A DNA stretch of 64,000 bases. Origin: an uncultured Fibrobacteria bacterium (GTDB lineage: Bacteria; Fibrobacterota; Fibrobacteria; UBA11236). Below the pieces are notes generated by a model. The model ran no database searches. It was not told the origin of the DNA and saw only the letters and a list, made by a program, of their open reading frames with translations. Position 1 is the first letter of the stretch. Each line of letters opens with the position of its first letter. The stretch lies in contig OY970309.1 in the NCBI GenBank assembly GCA_963716395.1, forward strand, positions 3,040,001-3,104,000. The letters run 5' to 3'. This document shows positions 38,977 to 49,488 of this stretch, one piece after another. Both the position numbers and the translations under genes were made by a program.

Positions 38977-40137
38977 CTATTGGCTTTTGCGGTGGAACAG
39001 GGCCACGGCGGTGGTGAACACCGTGACGCCGATGGCCAGCATGCCCACGGCCTGGCGCCAAAGATCGTGCAGCCCCGAACCCTTGAGGAACATGCCGCGC
39101 AACACTTCCATGAAATACCGCACGGGATTGATATAGGTGATGCGCTGCACCCAAGCGGGCATGTTTTCCACGGGTAAAAAGAATCCCGACAACAGCAGAA
39201 AGAAAATCAGGAAGAACCAGATGAGAAACAGCGCCTGCTGCATGGTGCGCGCCACGGTCGAGGTCAGAATCCCGATGCCCAGAGAGGACAGCATGTAAAT
39301 GGCGCCGAATAAAACCAAGGTGAGGTAGTTGCCGCGAAAGGGCACCCCGAACCAAACCCGCGCCACGCCCAGCGCGAAGAACAACTCCACCAGGCCGATC
39401 AGGAAAAACGGAAAGGCCTTGCCCAATACGATGTGGATGGGCTGGATGGGCGTCACCAGCAATTGCTCCAAGGTGCCGCTTTCTTTCTCGCGCACGATGG
39501 AAAATCCCGTCAGCAGCGCGGTCACCATGGTGATGAGAATCACGGCGATTCCCGGCACCATATACCAACTCGATTCCAGCAGGGGGTTGAAGGCGATGCG
39601 CGTGTCGATTTGAAAGGGCATCAAATCGGCCAGCCGCAGACCCTGGGCGTGCAAATGGGTGTTGAGGCGATCCATGGACCATTGATCCAGTATCGCCGAC
39701 ATGTAGCCGCGCGCCACGCCCGAAGAGCTGGCATCCTGCCCGTCGACCCATAGACCCAGAGGTGCGCCATCGCCGGCGGGAAATCCAGCCGGGGTGACGT
39801 GCATGCGTTCTTCGACACGCCGGGAGAAATCGGGGGGAATATCCACGGCCATGCGGATGCGACCCGCGTCGAGCCAGGCGCGCAACTCGGTTTCGGAGCG
39901 GGCGAAGCCTTGGAAGCGGAACCACGGCGAGGCCCGCATGGCCGAAATCAACGACGCCGAAGTCGGGCATTGGCAGCGGTCAAGCACGCTGAAAGGGGTA
40001 TTTTTCACTTCGGTGGTGAGCGCGTAGCCGAGCACCATCAATTGCATCAAGGGCATGAAGAACAGAAGCCGCAGCGAAGCCGTGTCGCGGCGCAGGTGCT
40101 GAAACTCTTTCCAGATGATGATGCGGAGCAGCTTCAC
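38977..40137 (-). CDS. ABC-2 type permease (YbhR/YbhS-like)
   Basis: KEFQHLRRD, FNP.L, MVPG, REKESGTLEQLLVTP; GTG start. Confidence 0.92.
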   Translation of the reverse strand: MKLLRIIIWKEFQHLRRDTASLRLLFFMPLMQLMVLGYALTTEVKNTPFSVLDRCQCPTSASLISAMRASPWFRFQGFARSETELRAWLDAGRIRMAVDIPPDFSRRVEERMHVTPAGFPAGDGAPLGLWVDGQDASSSGVARGYMSAILDQWSMDRLNTHLHAQGLRLADLMPFQIDTRIAFNPLLESSWYMVPGIAVILITMVTALLTGFSIVREKESGTLEQLLVTPIQPIHIVLGKAFPFFLIGLVELFFALGVARVWFGVPFRGNYLTLVLFGAIYMLSSLGIGILTSTVARTMQQALFLIWFFLIFFLLLSGFFLPVENMPAWVQRITYINPVRYFMEVLRGMFLKGSGLHDLWRQAVGMLAIGVTVFTTAVALFHRKSQ

Positions 40138-41246
40138 AGTTTCACCCGGAATTTGCGGACGGAAATACCGAACAACAACAATCCCTCGGCGCCGAGCACC
40201 AGCAGCGAAGGCCATAATATCGTCAGACCCACGCCTTTGAGAATGATGCCGCGCACCAGGGTCAAGTAATAGGTGGCGGGAATGATCCGGGAAATGATTT
40301 GCAGAAATTTCGGCATGCTCGCAATCGGGAAGATGAATCCGGACAAAAGGACGGTGGGCATCATGGTGGCGCCGAGCGCCATGAGCATGGCGTGATGCTG
40401 ACGTTTGGCGATGGTGCTGATCAACAGGCCGATGCTGAGCGCGGTGCAGACGTAGACGAGGCTGCAACCCGCCAACAGCCACAGGCTGCCGGCGGGTTGC
40501 ACTCCGAACACGAGCCGGCCCACGCTGAGAATAAGCGTGCCGTCGATACTGGCCAAGACCACGTAGGGCAGCAGTTTGCCCGCAATGATTTCGTAGGGAC
40601 GCAGGGGTGTGATGAGCAACTGGCTCAAGGTACCGGTTTCTTTTTCGCGCGTCACCGCGATGGAGGTCAGCAGGGCCGAAATCATGAGCAGGATCACGGC
40701 CATGAGGCCCGGTACGAAAAACAGCGCGCTGCGTTGATCGGGGTTGTACAGCACCACGGTGCGCGTGTCGAGCACATGCGGCGGGTGCAGGTTGAGAATG
40801 TCGAGCAGGGCGTCTTGGGTGGCGGCGGCGACGGCACTGCGCATCTGCGAACCCACGTTGGGATCGGAGCCGTCCACGATGACCTGCAAATGCGCGCCGC
40901 CCGGGCGATGGAGCGCGGCGTCGAGATCGGCGGGCAGGCGCAGCAAGGCGCGCGCCCCCGAAGAGCGGAACGGCTGCAACGGGTCGGCCGTGGGAGGCAT
41001 CACGTCGGTGACGGCGAAAAAGGTCGAGGCGTCGAGCCGGCCGGCCAGAGCGTGCAGCACGGGCGAATAACGGGGCGCTTCGATGGCCAGTGAGGCGTCG
41101 CGGATGTCGGCGTTGAGCGCGTAGCCGTACAGGAACATCATGATCACGGGCATCAGCACCACGATGGCCAGCGTCTGCGGATCGCGCACGATGTGCAGGA
41201 ATTCCTTGCGGGCCGTGACCCGGATGCGGCGCAGTGAAGCCTTCAT
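40134..41246 (-). CDS. ABC-2 type permease (YbhS-like)
   Basis: KEFLHIVRD, DGSDPN, YNPD, REKETGTL. Confidence 0.92.
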   Translation of the reverse strand: MKASLRRIRVTARKEFLHIVRDPQTLAIVVLMPVIMMFLYGYALNADIRDASLAIEAPRYSPVLHALAGRLDASTFFAVTDVMPPTADPLQPFRSSGARALLRLPADLDAALHRPGGAHLQVIVDGSDPNVGSQMRSAVAAATQDALLDILNLHPPHVLDTRTVVLYNPDQRSALFFVPGLMAVILLMISALLTSIAVTREKETGTLSQLLITPLRPYEIIAGKLLPYVVLASIDGTLILSVGRLVFGVQPAGSLWLLAGCSLVYVCTALSIGLLISTIAKRQHHAMLMALGATMMPTVLLSGFIFPIASMPKFLQIISRIIPATYYLTLVRGIILKGVGLTILWPSLLVLGAEGLLLFGISVRKFRVKL

Positions 41247-41989
41247 GCCGTGGGCTCCGGGCGCGTGGCACGTTCCACCACGTCGAGAAACACTTCGCCC
41301 AGGGTGGCGTGCCCGTAATTCGTCTTGAGCCGGGCGGGCGAGTCGAGCGCCGCCATGCGGCCCTGCACCAGAATCGCCACGCGTCCGCAGTACTCGACCT
41401 CGTCCATGTAATGCGAAGTCACGAACACCGTGGTACCGGCTTGCGCCTGTTCGGCGATGAGATCCCAGAAATGCCGGCGGTTCACGGGGTCGACGGATGC
41501 CGTGGGTTCGTCGAGAAACAAAATTTCGGGGCCGTGCAGCAGGGCGCAGGCCAGGCTCAGGCGCTGCTGCCAGCCCCACGGGATGGAGTCGGTGCGCCGC
41601 GGGAGCAAGGCCACCAGATTGAGGCGCTGCGCCATGGCCGTGATGCGGGCGCGCAAATCCCGGCCTTTGAGGCCGTACAGGCCGCCGTACAGGCGCATAT
41701 TCATTTCCACCGGAAAGTCGGGGTACAGCGAGAATTTCTGCGACATGTAACCGATACGCGACCGTATCTTAAACGTTTCGGTCAGAACGTCGCATCCGGC
41801 CACGGTGCCCGACCCCGAGGTCGGTTGCAACAAGCCGCACAGCATGCGGATGGCCGTGGTCTTGCCCGCACCGTTGGCGCCCAGAAACCCGAACACCTCG
41901 CCGCGTTCGACCCGCAAATCCAGGCGGTCGACGGCGGTAAACGGGCCGAAGCGCTTGGTCAGGGCCTGCGTTTCGATGGAGGCCGTCAT
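41243..41989 (-). CDS. ABC transporter ATP-binding protein
   Basis: GANGAGKT, LDEPT, SHYMDE; degenerate signature IPWGWQQ. Confidence 0.93.
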   Translation of the reverse strand: MTASIETQALTKRFGPFTAVDRLDLRVERGEVFGFLGANGAGKTTAIRMLCGLLQPTSGSGTVAGCDVLTETFKIRSRIGYMSQKFSLYPDFPVEMNMRLYGGLYGLKGRDLRARITAMAQRLNLVALLPRRTDSIPWGWQQRLSLACALLHGPEILFLDEPTASVDPVNRRHFWDLIAEQAQAGTTVFVTSHYMDEVEYCGRVAILVQGRMAALDSPARLKTNYGHATLGEVFLDVVERATRPEPTA

Positions 41990-42930
41990 GCCGGCGCCTC
42001 TTCCTCGCGGCTCAAGAGCGCGAACAACAGGTCTTCGATGCCGGGCGCGACGGGCTGGGAACTGTGCGCCTCGGGAAAGCGCCGCCACAATTCCGGTCCC
42101 GTGGCGGCGGCGGTTTCCCTGGGAAGGGCGGCGTGCAACGTGCCGCCCGCGGGATACACCAGGGTCACACCCGGCGGCGGGGCTTGCCGCGCAGGATACG
42201 AAAGCGGTTTGTCTCCCTGGATGCGATACAGGGCATAGGGATAGTCGGCCAGCAGGGCGTCGGGCGTGCCCCCGGCCAGCACGCGGCCATGGTGCAACAG
42301 CATCAAGGTGTCGCACAATTTGGCTTCGTCCATATAGGGCGTCGACACCAGCAAGGTAATGCCCTGGGCTTTCAGCGATTTGAGCATGGTCCAGAAATCG
42401 CGGCGCGCCACCGGATCGACGCCCACCGTGGGCTCGTCGAGGTACATCAACGACGGTTGATGCAGCAGGCAGCACGACAAGGCGAGCTTCTGCTTCATGC
42501 CGCCCGATAGCAGTCCCGCACGCCGTTTCTGAAAGGGTTCGAGCGCCGAGAAGCGCAGCAAATCGGCCATGCGCTTCCGCTTATCGGCGGCCGTCATGTC
42601 GTACAGGTCGGCGAAGAACAACAGGTTTTCCGCCACCGTCAAATCCGGGTACAGCGAGAAGCGCTGAGGCATATAGCCGATGTGATGGCGCAAGGCTTTG
42701 AATTCGCGGTGCACGTTCAACCCCAACGCTTCGGCTTCGCCGGAGTCGGGGTCGAGCAGGGTGGCCAGAATGGTGAGCAAGGTGGATTTGCCCGCGCCGT
42801 CGGCGCCGATGATGCCGAATAACGCGCCGCGGGGCACCTCGAAGGAAACGCCTTTCAGCGCCTTCTCGCCCGCATAGTCTTTGGCCAATTCCCGCGCACG
42901 CAGCGCGGGTGCTTGGGCTGCGTGTGTCAC
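41986..42930 (-). CDS. ABC transporter ATP-binding protein
   Basis: GADGAGKS, LSGGMKQK, LDEPT, STPYMDE. Confidence 0.93.
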   Translation of the reverse strand: MTHAAQAPALRARELAKDYAGEKALKGVSFEVPRGALFGIIGADGAGKSTLLTILATLLDPDSGEAEALGLNVHREFKALRHHIGYMPQRFSLYPDLTVAENLLFFADLYDMTAADKRKRMADLLRFSALEPFQKRRAGLLSGGMKQKLALSCCLLHQPSLMYLDEPTVGVDPVARRDFWTMLKSLKAQGITLLVSTPYMDEAKLCDTLMLLHHGRVLAGGTPDALLADYPYALYRIQGDKPLSYPARQAPPPGVTLVYPAGGTLHAALPRETAAATGPELWRRFPEAHSSQPVAPGIEDLLFALLSREEEAPA

Positions 42931-43829
42931 CGCCAGACCTCGATGGGCAGGCCGCGCTTCAGCAGGCCGTTCTGCGAAGCCGCATAGGCCCGCACCCGGA
43001 ACACCAGTTCGGATCGGCTTTCGCGGGTCTGGATATTCTTGGGGGTGAATTCGGCGTCGGAGGCGATGAAGCGGATTTCCGCCGGAACCAAAGGAGACGG
43101 GGAGCCGCTCTCCTCGACGCGAAAATGCACCTGCGCGCCGATGCGCAGCGAAGCCATGACGGGTTGGGGCACGTAGAAATCGGCGTACACCGAATCGCGG
43201 CGGCCCAATTCGAATACGGCCTGTCCGGGCGACACGGCCTCGCCGGGATTGCGGTAGCGGGTGAGAATAAATCCGTCGGCCGGGGCTTCGACGCGGCAAC
43301 GCTCCACCTGATTGCGCAACCAATCCAATTGGTATTGCAAGGCCTGTTTTTTCGCGCCCAGACTTTTGATGCCGCGCTGTGCCGCCTGCAGCCGGTGGCG
43401 CGCGGCGTCTTGGCTGGTGGTGACCTGATCCAATTGCTGGGCCGTGGCCGCGCCCGCCTGCGACAGGGGCGTGACCCGCCGGGCCTCCTTGTTCCAGCCG
43501 ATGGCTTCGGCGCGATCCGCGGCGATTTGGCTGGTTTGCGAGGCGAGATTGGCGTGAATTTCGCCCAAGCCGGCGGCGGCCTCCTGGTACTGTAACGCGT
43601 AGGGAACGGTATCGACCAAGGCCAAAAGTTCGCCTTGCGACACCGAGTCGCCCTCGTCGTGCAGCACGGCGATCAACGGGCCCTGCTCCAGGGCCGGTAC
43701 CTCGTAGGTTTCGGTTTCCACCACGGCCGACCCGAGAAAGTCGCCATTTTCCGAATTGCGGCAGCCGGCACCCAGCCAGCTCACCACCGTTGCGGCCGTG
43801 ACGGCCAAGAGCAGTTTAAGGGTTTGCAT
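42927..43829 (-). CDS. HlyD family membrane fusion protein (YbhG-like)
   Basis: EGDSV..G, APADG, AEFTPKNIQT..R..LVFRV. Confidence 0.92.
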   Translation of the reverse strand: MQTLKLLLAVTAATVVSWLGAGCRNSENGDFLGSAVVETETYEVPALEQGPLIAVLHDEGDSVSQGELLALVDTVPYALQYQEAAAGLGEIHANLASQTSQIAADRAEAIGWNKEARRVTPLSQAGAATAQQLDQVTTSQDAARHRLQAAQRGIKSLGAKKQALQYQLDWLRNQVERCRVEAPADGFILTRYRNPGEAVSPGQAVFELGRRDSVYADFYVPQPVMASLRIGAQVHFRVEESGSPSPLVPAEIRFIASDAEFTPKNIQTRESRSELVFRVRAYAASQNGLLKRGLPIEVWR

Positions 43830-45114
43830 GATTCTCTCCCGGGAACTTCAAGGTTATTCCTTGCGCATAGCGAATCTGCCAGGCGGCAAAACAGCGCTGC
43901 CATTCGATTTGCCGCACACGCAGCGCGGCCTGGGCCTGCCGCACCTGGGCGGTGAGCAAATCCAAATCCGAAGCCGTGCCGTGTTGATGCTGCGCCTGGG
44001 TTTCTTGCAGCGCGATGTTCGCCGCTTCGGCGTCGGCTTGCGCCGCCGCTTCGGCTTGCTGCAAACGGGCTTGCAGGCGTTCAGTGGAAATCACCGCCTC
44101 TTGCCACGTGGCTTCACGGTGCCGGCGTTCGATTTGGGCGGAACGGCGCTGCGCGGCGATTTGCGCGGCTTGGGCACGAAGGTTGAATCCGTCGAACAGG
44201 TTCCACTGCAATTGCAGGCCGGCCAAGCCGTAATTCATGAACGAGTCCGTTCCCATATTCAGGCCCGGATTGGCGATGCGGTAGCCCACCATGCCCGCCA
44301 GCGTGGGCCAATGTTGGTCGTTTACGGCTTTTTCCTGATAGGTCAAGGCCGCGGCGGTTTGATCCAAGGCCTGCAGATCGGGGCGCACCGGGGGCGCATC
44401 GGCCGGCGCTGCGGCGGTGTCGACGGCGGCGGCAAAGACCACGGCGGAATCGGGCGGTAGCCCCAAGAGCAAGGCCACGGCGCGTCCCAGCGAGTCGCGC
44501 CGATCGGCGTCGGTTTGCGCATCGACCTGGGCCGCCAGCAATTTGGCGCGGGCCTCGGCCGCTTGCGAAGGCAACCCCGCGCCGCCTTGCACCACCGTTT
44601 GCACATGCGCGGCGTAATCGCGGTGATACCCCACCACCGAATCGTCGGTTCGGCTCGCCGCATCGGCGCTTTGCCAGGCGTAATACAGCCCCGCCAACTG
44701 CAAGGAAAGCTGATCCTGCACCGCCTGCAATTGCGAACCCTGGGCTGCGGCCAAGGTACGCTGGGCCTGGTTCTTTTCGAATCGCGCTCCGCCGGTGAAC
44801 AGGGGATAGGTCAGGTCGACGCCGTATTCCTGGCGATCATAACCGCCCAAGGTTTTATCGACGGGCGGGAAACCCGGGAGCGCAAGATCGATGCGGCTTT
44901 TTTCGGTGAACACCTGGTACGATCCTGTGGCGTCCAGGGACGGCCAGAAGGCCGATTGCGCCTGATGCCAGGCGGCTTCGGCCTGAAGCCGTTGCTGGCG
45001 CTGCGACAATAAGGCAGGATTGCCTTGCAACAGCAGGGATTGGGCCTTTGCCAGGGTCAGCGGTTCGGAAAATCCGAGGCTCAGACCGCCGGCGAGGAGC
45101 AGCAGGATTTTCAT
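43816..45114 (-). CDS. TolC family outer-membrane efflux protein
   Basis: Signal peptide, NP.L, WPSLD, PLFTGG, WNLFDG, DLLTAQ. Confidence 0.88.
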   Translation of the reverse strand: MKILLLLAGGLSLGFSEPLTLAKAQSLLLQGNPALLSQRQQRLQAEAAWHQAQSAFWPSLDATGSYQVFTEKSRIDLALPGFPPVDKTLGGYDRQEYGVDLTYPLFTGGARFEKNQAQRTLAAAQGSQLQAVQDQLSLQLAGLYYAWQSADAASRTDDSVVGYHRDYAAHVQTVVQGGAGLPSQAAEARAKLLAAQVDAQTDADRRDSLGRAVALLLGLPPDSAVVFAAAVDTAAAPADAPPVRPDLQALDQTAAALTYQEKAVNDQHWPTLAGMVGYRIANPGLNMGTDSFMNYGLAGLQLQWNLFDGFNLRAQAAQIAAQRRSAQIERRHREATWQEAVISTERLQARLQQAEAAAQADAEAANIALQETQAQHQHGTASDLDLLTAQVRQAQAALRVRQIEWQRCFAAWQIRYAQGITLKFPGENHANP

Positions 45115-45788
45115 GGCCGGTCCCTCAAGGGCTGTTGTTGTAGGCCGCGCACCGCGGTGCGGGCCACAGTTTCGGCGCGGGTCTGGAAAAAGCGGGGCGT
45201 GAGCCGCGTCGGGATTCCCAGCCGTTTCAAAACGCGCGGGGCCAAGACTGTGGCGACGGTCATGCCGGCCACATTGATCCAGAAATTCATTTGCACCTCG
45301 CGATTCAATTTGGCGCCGCGGAATTCCGCCGCCAGGCTGTGGTTGATGCGTGCCGGCACGGCGCGGAAGTCGCGCAGGGCGGCGGCGAATACGGAGTCTG
45401 CGGTGCCGCCTTCCGCAAAAATTTCGCGGAACATGAAGAGGGGAAAATCCGGATGGCGCGTCAAGACCCGAAAGTGCGTTTTCAACAAGGCGGCCAGCAA
45501 GGGTTCCAAAGCGGCGTCGGGGGGGATGCGATCGATTTCGCGCCGAAAATTGCCCCATACCGTGGCCAGCACTTCACCCACAGCCGCGTCGTACAGGTTT
45601 TGCTTGGAGCGGAAATAATAATGCAACAAAGCGTGGTGTACCCCGGCGCGCCGCGCGATGGCCTGCATGCGCGCGCCTCGCAGCCCTTTGGAAATGAATT
45701 CCTGCCGGGCTGCGGCCAGGATTTTGGTTTGGGCCGAGGGGGGCCGCAACGCTTTTTTATTGTCTTTTTTGTTTAACAATTTAGACAA
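45111..45788 (-). CDS. TetR/AcrR family regulator
   Basis: KILAAARQEF..G..GARMQAIARRAGV...LHYYFRSKQNLY. Confidence 0.93.
   Translation of the reverse strand: MSKLLNKKDNKKALRPPSAQTKILAAARQEFISKGLRGARMQAIARRAGVHHALLHYYFRSKQNLYDAAVGEVLATVWGNFRREIDRIPPDAALEPLLAALLKTHFRVLTRHPDFPLFMFREIFAEGGTADSVFAAALRDFRAVPARINHSLAAEFRGAKLNREVQMNFWINVAGMTVATVLAPRVLKRLGIPTRLTPRFFQTRAETVARTAVRGLQQQPLRDRP
45770..45787. promoter_or_regulatory. putative TetR operator
   Basis: Imperfect inverted repeat TGTTTA-ACAATT-TAGACA at the tetR start. Confidence 0.45.
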
Positions 45789-45848
45789 GATTAATCGCGC
45801 TTTCGGCCTTCGTCAACTCCCGGGGGATTAGGTATTTTTGCAAAAATA

Positions 45849-47750
45849 ATGGCAGGTCTGATGCAAATATCCACCGAGTCGGCGGCGGCCGAAAATCCCG
45901 CTTACATGGCGGACCGGTTTGCTCCCCGGCGCCGGCGCACGGTGCCGGTGCGCGTGGGCAACCGGGTGATCGGCGGCGACGCGCCGATTCTGGTGCAGTC
46001 GATGACCACCACCAGCACCAAAGACGTCGATGCCACGGTGTTCCAAACCCTGGAATTGTGGCGGGCCGGCTGCGAATTGGTGCGCATCACTGCGCCCACG
46101 CAAAAAGACGCGGAAATGTTGCGCGACATCGTGAAAAAGGTGCGCGACGCCGGCTGCGACCTGCCGATTTCGGCCGACATCCACTTTCAACCGCGGGCGG
46201 CGTACGAAGCGGTGAAGTGGGTGGAAAAAGTGCGCGTGAATCCCGGCAATTTCGTCGACTCCAAGGCCGCGGTGCAGCGCGTCTATGACGACGCCTCGTT
46301 CGCCGGCGGCGCGCAGCGCGTGTACGACGCCTTTGCGCCCCTGGTGCGCCAGGCGCGGGAACGCGGCGCGGCCTTGCGCATCGGCACCAACCACGGCTCG
46401 CTATCGGATCGCATGATGTGGAAATTCGGCGACACCGTGGAAGGCATGGTGGAATCGGCGCTGGAGTATTTGGCCGTCTGCGAAGCCGAGCACTTCGACC
46501 AAGTCGTGTTCAGCATGAAAAGCAGCAATCCGCGCGTGGCCATTCAGGCCTACCGCCTGCTGGCCCAACGATTGGACCAGGGGCACAAACCCTATCCCTT
46601 TCACGTCGGGGTGACTGAAGCCGGAGACGGCGAAGATGGCCGCCTCAAGTCTTCGGTGGGCATCGGCGCGCTGCTGCTCGACGGCATCGGCGACACCATT
46701 CGCGTGTCGCTGACCGAAGACCCGGTGCAGGAAATACCCGTGGCGAAAACCTTGGTCCGCCTGTGTGACCCGGCGCGGTACCCGGCGGTGCCGGCATGGC
46801 CCGAACAGGTGGGGTTTTATGCGTACCATCGCCGCGAGACGCCGGCACTGGCGCTCGGCCCATTGACGGCCGGCGGGCGCGAGCCCGTGGCCGTGGGCAT
46901 CGAGCATCCCGGATCCGAAGCCGTGGCGGCCGGCGAACGCAAACCCGAATGGGTGACGTATGGCGAAGGGCAAACGCCCTACGCCGGTGTGGCCGGAGCC
47001 TGGCAACCCGCGGTTTTCCGCGCGGAAGATGGCGCCGAATCTGCCTGGATCGTGTTGGGGAGCGGCGAAACCGACGCGTTACGGTTGGCCGGAAAGCCGG
47101 TGGAAATCCGCGTCGACGCGTTGGCCGATTTGTCGGCTTGGGAAAAATTGCCGGCGGAAAAATTTCCGGTCCCGACGCTGTGGTCCTGCGACCCGGGCAT
47201 GCCCAATCTCGTCGGAGCCTACCGGCATCTGGTCGCCTGGCTGGCGCGGCAAAGACGCGACGATCTCCTCGTGTTGCGCGATCGCACCGACGGTACGCCC
47301 GAGGGGAACATGGGGGTGGCGGTGCGGTTGGGCGCGCTGCTGGCCGACGGCTGGGGTGATTTGATCCACATCGACAGCGGCGCAGGCAAGCGCGCGGCGA
47401 TGAATTTGGCCTTCGACGTGCTGCAGGCCGCGGGCGTGCGCCGCAGCAAACCCGAATACGTGGCCTGTCCCGGCTGCGGGAGAACCTTGTTCGATTTGCA
47501 AAGCACCACCCAGCGCATCCGCCAGAAGACGGCGCATCTCAAGAACATCGCCATCGCCGTGATGGGCTGCATCGTCAACGGGCCGGGGGAAATGGCCGAC
47601 GCCGATTTCGGCTATGTGGGCGGAGCGCCGGGCAAGGTGAGTTTGTATGTGGGCCGCGAATGCGTACAGAAGAACATTCCCGAAGCCGAAGCCCCCGAAG
47701 CTTTGGTTGCGCTCATCCGCGCGCATGGCCGCTGGATTGACCCGGTTTGA
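45849..47750 (+). CDS. ispG: (E)-4-hydroxy-3-methylbut-2-enyl-diphosphate synthase, long three-domain form
   Basis: VQSMTTT, ADIHF, RVNPGN, RIGTNHGS, GVTEAG, DTIRVSL, CPGCGR, MGCIVNGPGE. Confidence 0.96.
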   Translation: MAGLMQISTESAAAENPAYMADRFAPRRRRTVPVRVGNRVIGGDAPILVQSMTTTSTKDVDATVFQTLELWRAGCELVRITAPTQKDAEMLRDIVKKVRDAGCDLPISADIHFQPRAAYEAVKWVEKVRVNPGNFVDSKAAVQRVYDDASFAGGAQRVYDAFAPLVRQARERGAALRIGTNHGSLSDRMMWKFGDTVEGMVESALEYLAVCEAEHFDQVVFSMKSSNPRVAIQAYRLLAQRLDQGHKPYPFHVGVTEAGDGEDGRLKSSVGIGALLLDGIGDTIRVSLTEDPVQEIPVAKTLVRLCDPARYPAVPAWPEQVGFYAYHRRETPALALGPLTAGGREPVAVGIEHPGSEAVAAGERKPEWVTYGEGQTPYAGVAGAWQPAVFRAEDGAESAWIVLGSGETDALRLAGKPVEIRVDALADLSAWEKLPAEKFPVPTLWSCDPGMPNLVGAYRHLVAWLARQRRDDLLVLRDRTDGTPEGNMGVAVRLGALLADGWGDLIHIDSGAGKRAAMNLAFDVLQAAGVRRSKPEYVACPGCGRTLFDLQSTTQRIRQKTAHLKNIAIAVMGCIVNGPGEMADADFGYVGGAPGKVSLYVGRECVQKNIPEAEAPEALVALIRAHGRWIDPV

Positions 47751-47781
47751 TCCGGCTTGACCCGGCGAAAGTGAAGTCGCC

Positions 47782-48609
47782 TTACTGCCGGAGGATCAAA
47801 GCCGGGAGATCGGACATACCGGACGCAGGCGGAAGCAGGCGGCCGTCCACGGAAAGTCGTTTCCACGAAACCGCAAACGGTGAATTTTCCGTTGTCGGCC
47901 GATTGCGGGGAAGAATGGCCACGGTTCCCTGTGAACAGGCGAAGTCGTCGAATACGGTGGTGGCCGCCGCGGTTGCATTGTGGCTCAAGCTGAACAAGGC
48001 GAGGTTGGAATTGGCGGCGGTGGCCAGCGAAACCACGTTGGCGGCGATTTGAACCCAGCTGGAATCGGCGGATCCATGGTACCAGGCGGAGAACATCCCT
48101 GATCGTTTGGCCAGCCGCAACCAGACCGGATAGGCCGTGGTTCCGGCGCTGACATGGGTTTCCAATTGACCTTGCGGCGCGGTTTTGTCGTAAAAAAGCG
48201 TGTATCCGTTGCCGGGCGAAACATCGACCAACGCATAACCGCCTTGCGTTAAATCCTGCATGTCGTTGGCGGCGATGATTCCCGCCTGCGCCCAGGAGTT
48301 GCTGTTGGTTTGGGAAATGATTTTGACCGAGACATCAAAATCACCGGTGATGTCGGTGCGGTATTCCGCGACATATTCATTCACACTGCCGAATACGTCC
48401 AAGCCATGCCCGGTCAACAAGAGATCTCCGCCGGTGTCCACAGCCGATCCGCCGGTGGAACTGTCGGCGTCGAGAAAAGTCCATTTCGACAGCCCGGCAT
48501 CGAAATTATCGGCGCAGCCTGAGCTGGCCTGCGCGCCCGGGGCCGAAGGAAAGGCGATGGGGAAGACGAGAAGAAGAGCCTGCACAGCGTGGCGCATGCG
48601 GATGGGCAT
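47782..48609 (-). CDS. secreted concanavalin A-like (DUF1349-like) protein
   Basis: Signal peptide; TGDFDVSVK, WAQAGII, PVWLRLAKRSG..SAWY, FDDF. Confidence 0.65.
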   Translation of the reverse strand: MPIRMRHAVQALLLVFPIAFPSAPGAQASSGCADNFDAGLSKWTFLDADSSTGGSAVDTGGDLLLTGHGLDVFGSVNEYVAEYRTDITGDFDVSVKIISQTNSNSWAQAGIIAANDMQDLTQGGYALVDVSPGNGYTLFYDKTAPQGQLETHVSAGTTAYPVWLRLAKRSGMFSAWYHGSADSSWVQIAANVVSLATAANSNLALFSLSHNATAAATTVFDDFACSQGTVAILPRNRPTTENSPFAVSWKRLSVDGRLLPPASGMSDLPALILRQ

Positions 48610-48744
48610 GGCGGAATAATACATTCGGGATTGAATAAGTTTTATCGCTGCGGATGCGTGCGCGGCGCCGGGCAGCGGGGAACTTGGCGTGATGGGCGCG
48701 CGGGGTCGCGGTCAGTCGTGATCGATGAAATCGCGGGAGGGTGA

Positions 48745-49488
48745 ATGGGAAGTTTCGTTGTCGTGCTTTGCCGTCCGGAAATTCCGGAAAACATCGGGTT
48801 CGTAGCCCGCTGCCTGCGCGCCTACGGCGTCGCAGAGTTGCGCCTGGTGGGGGTGGATCCGCCGGAGCCGGGCGGTCGCGCCTATTGGACGGCGCGCGCG
48901 GGCGAAGACCTGCTGCGCCGCGCGACCTGTTACGTCACCTTGCCCGCAGCCGTGGGCGATTGCGTGCAGGCCTTGGGATTCACGCGCCGCGAGCGCGATG
49001 CGGGACAAGCCTTGCTCGCTTTAAACGAGGTGCAGGCGCGCTTCGAAAATCGTTTTGAACCCAAGCACATGCGGGGGCCGGCTTGGCCGGCGCCGGGATT
49101 GCGCACAGCCTTGGTGTTCGGCTGCGAATCCAACGGCCTGTCGCAAGCCGAAGTTTTGCAGGTCACGCATCTGGTGCGCATTCCCCTGGCCGAAGAAACC
49201 TTGAGCCTGAACCTGTCGCATGCCGTGGCCATCGCGTTGTACGCGTTGGCCGCCCCGCCGGCAGCCGCCGAACCTCCGGCCGATCGGGTTTCGCTCGAAA
49301 CCTCGCAGGCCGCGTTGGAAGATGTGATGCGTGTCTTGGATCAAAACGGATTTCTGGCCAAGGGCAAGAAAGAAGCCGTGCGGCGCGAAAAGGTGCGGAT
49401 TCTCTGGCAACGCCTGCAACCCACGCGCGGGGAATTGGATTTTCTCTGCGGCGCCATGAAGGCTCTGGCGGAAAGGGTAGGGGTATGA
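48745..49488 (+). CDS. TrmJ/LasT-type SpoU RNA methyltransferase
   Basis: VVL.RPEIPENIG, ALVFGCE..GL, SLNLSHAVAI. Confidence 0.9.
   Translation: MGSFVVVLCRPEIPENIGFVARCLRAYGVAELRLVGVDPPEPGGRAYWTARAGEDLLRRATCYVTLPAAVGDCVQALGFTRRERDAGQALLALNEVQARFENRFEPKHMRGPAWPAPGLRTALVFGCESNGLSQAEVLQVTHLVRIPLAEETLSLNLSHAVAIALYALAAPPAAAEPPADRVSLETSQAALEDVMRVLDQNGFLAKGKKEAVRREKVRILWQRLQPTRGELDFLCGAMKALAERVGV

Noticed and set aside
38977-45788. Efflux cluster as a novel system
   Set aside because: Standard TetR-TolC-HlyD-ABC (YbhGFSR-like) arrangement; the long ORF-track extensions are overlap artefacts.
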